39,571 bases of DNA from the NCBI GenBank assembly GCA_021783455.1, contig JAJXTW010000002.1, positions 1 to 39,571 on the forward strand, given 5' to 3'. Position 1 is the first letter of the stretch, and each line of letters begins with the position of its first letter. A program made the position numbers and the translations under genes. The notes under the pieces are model-generated. The model saw only the letters and a program-made list of their open reading frames with translations, was not told where the DNA came from and did not search any database. Origin of the DNA: Nitrospirota bacterium. GTDB taxonomy: Bacteria; Nitrospirota; UBA9217. Positions 34,626-39,571 of this stretch are shown piece by piece.

Positions 34626-35447
34626 TTAGCGTTTTGTGTTCCTGTGCCTGTAATTGTTAGCCGCGGATTCCACCCATTGCCGGATATCATTAATATCTTT
34701 TAAATCCATTCCCCATTCTGTGGTGTTCGTTGCTTTTGCAAAGGAACGGGCGTCAGGTGTAAACCGAGACGTCGTTGCTAATATGGCCTTATTTGCACCC
34801 TCTTGCATTTGAGCTCCATAAAGAGCCCGAACGAATTGGACGCCAATTGGCGTTGTTAGGGCATAGCGCTTACATTCGATAAGGTATTTTGACTTTATAC
34901 CTAGATCTGATCTTATTGCGATAATATCCCTTCCGCCATCACGAGTTTGTTTTGTGAGTTCCACCATAAATCCATGAAGAGAGAATATATGTGCTATTAG
35001 TTCTTCAAACCTCCGTGGGTCAATCTTGTAGAGGATATCGGGCTTCTTTTTGACCTCATAAAGAAGTTCGGAAACACCTGAGCACAGATTTGTGATGATT
35101 TTCTTTTCTTCGGGGAGATATAGAAGCGATCCTTCATCGAATGAATAGAATTCGTCCTCAAAATGAAGGTCGATATCTGAAAATCCACGAATTATCTTTG
35201 CACCTTTAGCATTTGTTTCGTTGTAGTTTGGGGCGCCAATTGGATACTCTGATGCTTCGTAACTAACCTCTATAGGGTTATGACATTTGGGGCAGTCTAT
35301 TTCCACATCTCCGCTGTAGAAAATCTCTGGCCCCATCTGTCGCTCGTCTTCGTCAACCTGCTGTACGTCTAGATCATCTGCATCGATATGGAATGAATGC
35401 CCACATTTCTGGCACTCGATCTGTGCTGTTCCTGATAAAGATGCCAT
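34626..35447 (-). CDS. Mrr-type restriction endonuclease domain protein with an N-terminal double CxxC zinc ribbon
   Basis: CQKCGH...CPKCHN zinc ribbon. PD-(D/E)xK core FEELIAHIFSLHGF...GGRDIIAIR...YLIECKRY. ATG 35447 has AAGGAG 7 nt upstream. Confidence 0.8.
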   Translation of the reverse strand: MASLSGTAQIECQKCGHSFHIDADDLDVQQVDEDERQMGPEIFYSGDVEIDCPKCHNPIEVSYEASEYPIGAPNYNETNAKGAKIIRGFSDIDLHFEDEFYSFDEGSLLYLPEEKKIITNLCSGVSELLYEVKKKPDILYKIDPRRFEELIAHIFSLHGFMVELTKQTRDGGRDIIAIRSDLGIKSKYLIECKRYALTTPIGVQFVRALYGAQMQEGANKAILATTSRFTPDARSFAKATNTTEWGMDLKDINDIRQWVESAANNYRHRNTKR

Positions 35448-35895
35448 GCGACGACTCCTTTTTAAGTGGATAACGAGTCTGTAGAATAAGTACCTTTCAA
35501 AACACAAACGCACCAGGCTTCGTTTAACGCGATTAAACTTCTGTGATGTCGCTCGACGTTAACCAAGTGATGGAAAGTCCGCCATTCGGGCTCAGAATAG
35601 TCACCACCACTATTCTTATTAGCATCAGTGAAATTACGTCGCTGCCTTGAAGGGCCTAAAATGTGCCCTTTTAGGGGTTTTTCTACAGGCTCAACGCCCG
35701 AGGGGGGATAGGAAAGCATGGATTTTCAATGTTTACCAGTTTAGCAATGAACATGCCATCGTGATATCAGAATGACTAAATGCCTGAATTTAAGAGATGT
35801 AACGTGATAGACGAAACAACTTTATTCTGATCTTAAAAGGAAGTCAATCAGGGATTCCCTATTTTTTTTTGATTTCCCTGATGTACGAAGACCGG

Positions 35896-36315
35896 CTAGG
35901 GGTTGGTATCCTGACGCGTTGAGAGAAAATAAAAAAAGATCAGTGCAGCCACATACGCACTCAGGCCGAGCGTCTCGATCTGGAACACGGAAGAATTAAT
36001 ATCTGGAGACAGCGCATGAAAATCCGTGCTGCTGTTAATCACGTTCAGGCCGAAGATCGCGCCGATGCCTGCGATGAGGATCGCTTTGACCGCATCCCGA
36101 TTTTTCACCGGATCAAGAGAAGCGGCAAAGAGAAAAGCCGACCAGCCGAACGATAAAAAAGAGATGATCTTGTCCTGGTATCCATAGGAAGGAACGTCGA
36201 AATAGACGAACAACAGCGGCACCTTGGTCCCGAGCATATGTGCGATGGCAACTGCCAGAAAGTAGAGGGCGCCGATCAGTAACAGCCATTTAAGTATCGC
36301 GGTGTTCTTGTTCAT
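35896..36315 (-). CDS. Small integral membrane protein (4 predicted TM helices), unknown function
   Basis: Hydrophobic segments throughout. ATG 36315 (MNKNTAILKWLLLIGALYF); the track ORF extends to GTG 36357. Confidence 0.55.
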   Translation of the reverse strand: MNKNTAILKWLLLIGALYFLAVAIAHMLGTKVPLLFVYFDVPSYGYQDKIISFLSFGWSAFLFAASLDPVKNRDAVKAILIAGIGAIFGLNVINSSTDFHALSPDINSSVFQIETLGLSAYVAALIFFYFLSTRQDTNP

Positions 36316-36364
36316 AGCATCCAGGCCTTTCTTTGAAATGCGTTCTCCAGCTAACACCGGTTAC

Positions 36365-36490
36365 GTCATTGCGAGGAGCGGTTTTAGCGACGCGGCAATC
36401 TCGGACTTGTTGCCATATTGAACTTGCTTCGCTCCGCACCCTGCACTCGCGCCAAGCACTCGTAGGCGCTGGGCACAGGCTCGCAAAGAC
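36365..36490. repeat. MITE/REP-like element bounded by GTCATTGCGAG / CTCGCAAAGAC
   Basis: The termini 36365-36375 and 36480-36490 are inverted copies (10 of 11 match). Internal GAGGAGCG versus CGCTCCGC complementarity. Confidence 0.35.
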
Positions 36491-36581
36491 AGCTTGCTAA
36501 GTGTTTAAGACCAGGACTTGAAGGTTTTCTTGGCGTCTTTGCGCCTTTGCGCGAGACGCTTTTATTTCGACTTTGGTTTCC

Positions 36582-37490
36582 TCACGGCGGGCACTGGGCG
36601 CAGACCGAGGTGAACAGCGCGGTGCTCAAGTACCGGTCCCCACGGTCGGGCAAAATCACGACGATGGTCCCGTCACTCATCTCTTTTGCTTTTTTGATTG
36701 CAGCCCACATGGCCGCGCCGCTGCTCATGCCAACGAACAGGCCCTCTTCGAGCGCCAGCCTGCGCGTGGTCGTGAACGCATCGTCATCCATGACGTTCCA
36801 CTTTTCGTCAAGCGCTTTGGGGTTGAAGATCTTCGGAACGATCGCCTCGGTCATGTTCTTGAGGCCCTGGATCTTGTGCCCGAGGTTCGGCTCCACGCCC
36901 AGGACCGTGATCGAGCTGTTGTACTCCTTCAGCCTTTTGCCTGCGCCCATGAGCGTGCCGCTGGTGCCCATGCCCGCCACAAAGACCGACACCTCGCCTT
37001 TGGTCTGTTCGTAAATCTCTTTTCCCGTTGTCTCGTAATGGGCCTTGATGTTCGCCGGGTTGTCGAACTGGTTCGGCATGAAGTAGCCGTTTTTGTGCTC
37101 GTCGTAGATCTTGTGCGCCAGCCGGATCGCGCCGTCGGTCCCTTCCTTGCCCGGACTTAAGATGAGCTCGGCGCCGAAGGCCTCGAGGATTTTCCTCCGC
37201 TCCATGCTCACGCACTCGGGCATCACGAGCTTGACCTTGTATCCTTTTGCCGTGCCGACCATGGCAAGCCCGATGCCGGTGTTTCCCGACGTTGCTTCGA
37301 GGATGGTCGAGCCGTTAGAAAGCCTGCCTTCCTCTTCTGCGGCCTTCACCATGTACCAGGCGATCCGGTCCTTTACGGACCCGCCGGGATTGTTCCCTTC
37401 GAGTTTGGCAAAGAGCCTCACCTTCGGGTTGGGGTTGATCCTGTCCAGCCGCGCGAGCGGCGTGTTGCCGATGCAATCAAGAATGCTCAT
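36582..37490 (-). CDS. cysK: Cysteine synthase (O-acetylserine sulfhydrylase, CysK/CysM family)
   Basis: IGNTPLARL...KLEGNNPGGSVKDRIA (PLP lysine) and GTSGTLMGAG. Confidence 0.92.
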   Translation of the reverse strand: MSILDCIGNTPLARLDRINPNPKVRLFAKLEGNNPGGSVKDRIAWYMVKAAEEEGRLSNGSTILEATSGNTGIGLAMVGTAKGYKVKLVMPECVSMERRKILEAFGAELILSPGKEGTDGAIRLAHKIYDEHKNGYFMPNQFDNPANIKAHYETTGKEIYEQTKGEVSVFVAGMGTSGTLMGAGKRLKEYNSSITVLGVEPNLGHKIQGLKNMTEAIVPKIFNPKALDEKWNVMDDDAFTTTRRLALEEGLFVGMSSGAAMWAAIKKAKEMSDGTIVVILPDRGDRYLSTALFTSVCAQCPP

Positions 37491-37540
37491 CCGTTGTTAC
37501 TCCGCTTTCATTAAGATATGATGGTTTCGTAAAGTCTATT

Positions 37541-37645
37541 TTTGCCACAGAGGCCACCGAGGACTCAGAGAAGCCATTTTATTTATGAAAATTTTACTCT
37601 GTGTTCTCTGTGTGCCTACCGTTACGAACCTTCATTTGTGGCAAA
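37541..37645. repeat. About 105-nt hairpin element with CACAGAG-type stutter arms
   Basis: Outer perfect stem TTTGCCACA 37541-37549 / TGTGGCAAA 37637-37645. Inner words CACAGAG, CACCGAG and CTCAGAGAA face CTCTGTGTTCTCTGTGTG. Confidence 0.7.
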
Positions 37646-37682
37646 TCCTGATTTCTTACGGTTTCATCAGCTGCAATCAGGA
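37646..37682 (-). terminator. Hairpin just after the stop of the HExxH lipoprotein gene
   Basis: TCCTGATT 37646-37653 / AATCAGGA 37675-37682, 8 bp perfect with a 21-nt loop. On the minus strand it is followed by TTTG. Confidence 0.35.
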
Positions 37683-37685
37683 AAA

Positions 37686-38645
37686 TCAATACCACTGCCT
37701 CAGAACTTCATTTCGCTCGACAACGTGCGGAAAGGTCATCGGCTTCAGTTGCAGGGTCCGGTCCTGGCCGTGAAAGAGATCAATTTCATAGGGCTGGCCG
37801 AGCGTGTTCGCAAAATAGTGCCAGGTGAACAGCTCGGCGAAATCCTCTGCCCAGTTTTGACTGCCGTATAATGACGGGAAAGGGGTTTCCGCGAGCCGTT
37901 GGTAAATCTTGTGTGCGTCCGAGATCTTTATGCGAGGACCGCCCTGCAATCCGTAAAAAACGATGTTTTTGTGCTGCTCGAACTCAAACTGCGGGGCAGG
38001 CGTTGAAAAGTCTTTCCACACACTTCGGGTGAGCGCGGTCGACGAGGGGACGGCGGTTTTGGCGATGTATGTCATGTCTTTTTCAACGTACGGCGTCCGG
38101 TGGTCCACATAATCCACGAGATGAGCGGACTCGTGCAGGAGCGCATACAGGAAGCCCTGGTACTGCGTGCCGCAATTCACCTTGATCCGGACTGACGGGT
38201 CGTCCTTGATGAAACAGGAGTTCTCCCGAATGGTCATCCAGGTCGAGATGTCCGTTTTCAACGAGTCCGGATTGAACACCATGATTGCGAAAAGATCGCC
38301 CCTTTCATCCAGGACGTAATCGGTCAAGCCGCTCCCCATGAAATTATTCACGAAGTAGATCGCGATGAGGCGGCTCTTCAGAAGTTCCTGGTGGGACTTC
38401 GGCAAAAGCGTGAGATACTTTTCGATCAGCGCCAGTTCCTCCGGAGTCGGGGCGTACGATGAATAGCCGTCGACAAGGTCCATGCGCCTCAAGGCATTGA
38501 GCAGAAATTCCGGCGCAGGTTTCACCCGCGCGATGAGCGGTGCGGCGCTGTCGAATTTGTAGGAACGCAGGTTCTTTGAAGGGATTTTTGCGGTGGTATC
38601 GAGAAAGCGCTTCTCCGGCGTAGCGCACGAGAGGAGTGTGAGCAA
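37686..38645 (-). CDS. Putative zinc metallopeptidase lipoprotein (HExxH); N-terminus unresolved
   Basis: HESAH within LLHESAHLVDY and a later EDFAE. The open frame upstream of the annotated TTG reads RKLIFLFSVLLTLLSC, which is a signal peptide plus lipobox. Confidence 0.6.
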   Translation of the reverse strand: MLTLLSCATPEKRFLDTTAKIPSKNLRSYKFDSAAPLIARVKPAPEFLLNALRRMDLVDGYSSYAPTPEELALIEKYLTLLPKSHQELLKSRLIAIYFVNNFMGSGLTDYVLDERGDLFAIMVFNPDSLKTDISTWMTIRENSCFIKDDPSVRIKVNCGTQYQGFLYALLHESAHLVDYVDHRTPYVEKDMTYIAKTAVPSSTALTRSVWKDFSTPAPQFEFEQHKNIVFYGLQGGPRIKISDAHKIYQRLAETPFPSLYGSQNWAEDFAELFTWHYFANTLGQPYEIDLFHGQDRTLQLKPMTFPHVVERNEVLRQWY

Positions 38646-39331
38646 GACAGAGAAAAGAAATATGAGTTTACGGAGAGTTGTTTGTCCGGGTCATTTTCCA
38701 TACCCTGGGTAACGGCACTCGTTGTGCCGCGATCCTTTTATGCTCAAAGGCCGCATGAGCGAAAGCGAGCGTCTCAGTCTATGATTTTCTGAAAAGCTTG
38801 TCAATGAAAGACTGGCAGCGTGGCAAGCCAAAGTAGAAATGTCCGGTTTTTAAGGAGTAGCAATAGGCTGATCCCGCCCCAAGCACGGGAGGAAACGCAC
38901 GGTGTCGATATGTTTATAATTATAACTTGAGATAAAAATCGGGGAGAAGTGAATAGTACCTTGCTATTAAGTCGGAGTTAAGATAACCTACATTCACACA
39001 GCACCTCCATTTTGCTTTTTGTACAATCCTCACCATGTAAGCATCTGCATTTTACTGATTCAATAAAATATTTTATCCCCGGGAATCGCGAGAGAGGCAT
39101 CTGACAAGCTGGCGGAGAATTTTCAGAAACTTTGCAGCATACCCTTAAAATACCCTGGTATGGCGATTCACATCTTTTTCTTAGCGGTCTATTGTGCATT
39201 ACTCGCGGTGTTATTTCAGGTTTTTTTGAAAAGAAAAACACTTCCCCTCTGCTAACGCCGGTGGCTATGAATCCCGCGACTTGCAAGCCCCCGGCTCCTG
39301 CCGGAGGAGGCTCTACTTAAAGGAGGTCCAC

Positions 39332-39571
39332 ATGAGAACAACACGCAATATGAAGTTCAGTTTTTTGGCAGCCGCAGCGCTTGCTCTGATGGTTTCGCTC
39401 ACGCTGGTCAACTGCAGCGGAGGCGGGGGAGGCAGCACTCCGGCCCCAGTTGCTTCGGCGGCCGTGTACCCGCGCTTCGCCTATGTGGCGAACAGCGCGG
39501 ACAACACCATTTACATCTACACGGTAAATGCGGCAACGGGCCAATTGGGAAATGCGGGATATGCGGTTACG
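39332..39571 (+). CDS. Lipoprotein, beta-propeller lactonase-like family (5' partial; runs off the window)
   Basis: AGGAGG lies 5 nt before ATG 39332. Signal peptide MRTTRNMKFSFLAAAALALMVSLTLVNC followed by a Gly-rich linker. FAYVANSADNTIYIYTVNAATGQL is typical of the first propeller blade. Confidence 0.7.
   Translation, partial: MRTTRNMKFSFLAAAALALMVSLTLVNCSGGGGGSTPAPVASAAVYPRFAYVANSADNTIYIYTVNAATGQLGNAGYAVT

Noticed and set aside
35462-35719. An 85-aa minus-strand ORF upstream of, and overlapping, the Mrr-type gene; also 34508..34690(-) across the Mrr/DUF3800 junction.
   Set aside because: They overlap the SD-backed start or the coding end of better-supported genes in another frame, and no motifs are present.
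38805-38835. A sigma54-like string, CTGGCAGCGTGGCAAGCC; also TGGTATGGCGATTCA near 39158.
   Set aside because: Neither has the GG-N10-GC spacing with a TTGC -12 element.
38978-39286. A 102-aa minus-strand ORF in the AT-rich spacer.
   Set aside because: It has no SD and no recognisable motif, and its composition is unlike neighbouring genes. It is kept only as a note in the finding on the spacer.

Overview
This is a high-GC chromosomal window of Gram-negative type; spot counts of single 60-nt lines give about 60-70% GC in core genes. All calls were made by eye from motifs. No database, HMM or folding computation was run.

(1) 0.5-19.3 kb, + strand: a complete dcw (division and cell wall) cluster in the classic order mraZ-[STAS-like gene]-rsmH-ftsL-ftsI-murE-murF-mraY-murD-ftsW-murG-murC-murB-ddl-ftsQ-ftsA-ftsZ. 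It is preceded by a TTGACA-17-TATACT promoter and four 10-nt-phased GTGGG-type boxes that look like a MraZ operator.

(2) 19.4-20.3 kb, - strand: two tandem paralogous small 7-Cys 'CW-motif' proteins of unknown function, convergent on ftsZ.

(3) 20.5-28.6 kb: a TrmJ-like methyltransferase, an MBL-fold hydrolase, an ABC1/UbiB-family kinase, a NupC-type transporter, a POTRA-less Omp85 barrel, a 2-TM protein and a class-I aminotransferase.

(4) 28.7-32.1 kb, - strand: the hgcA-hgcB mercury-methylation pair (cap-helix NVWCAAGK; 2x[4Fe-4S] ferredoxin ending in CC). It lies immediately downstream of an L,D-transpeptidase::Mur-ligase fusion gene.

(5) 32.3-35.9 kb: a sugar O-acetyltransferase, then a sharply AT-rich island. 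The island carries a tight three-gene minus-strand operon (zinc-ribbon::Mrr-type nuclease, DUF3800-like protein, unknown and possibly truncated ORF). I treat it as a candidate defence module.

(6) 35.9-39.6 kb: a small membrane protein, cysteine synthase, an HExxH lipoprotein whose signal peptide is out of frame with its ATG, and the start of a beta-propeller lipoprotein.

The least expected signal is non-genic. Most intergenic gaps, including gaps inside the dcw operon, hold inverted or tandem repeats whose arms are stutters of 5-8-nt words. Several share the core GAATTTCGGA(A/T)T, and two have crossing, pseudoknot-compatible pairings.

No rRNA, tRNA, CRISPR array, transposase or integrase was seen.
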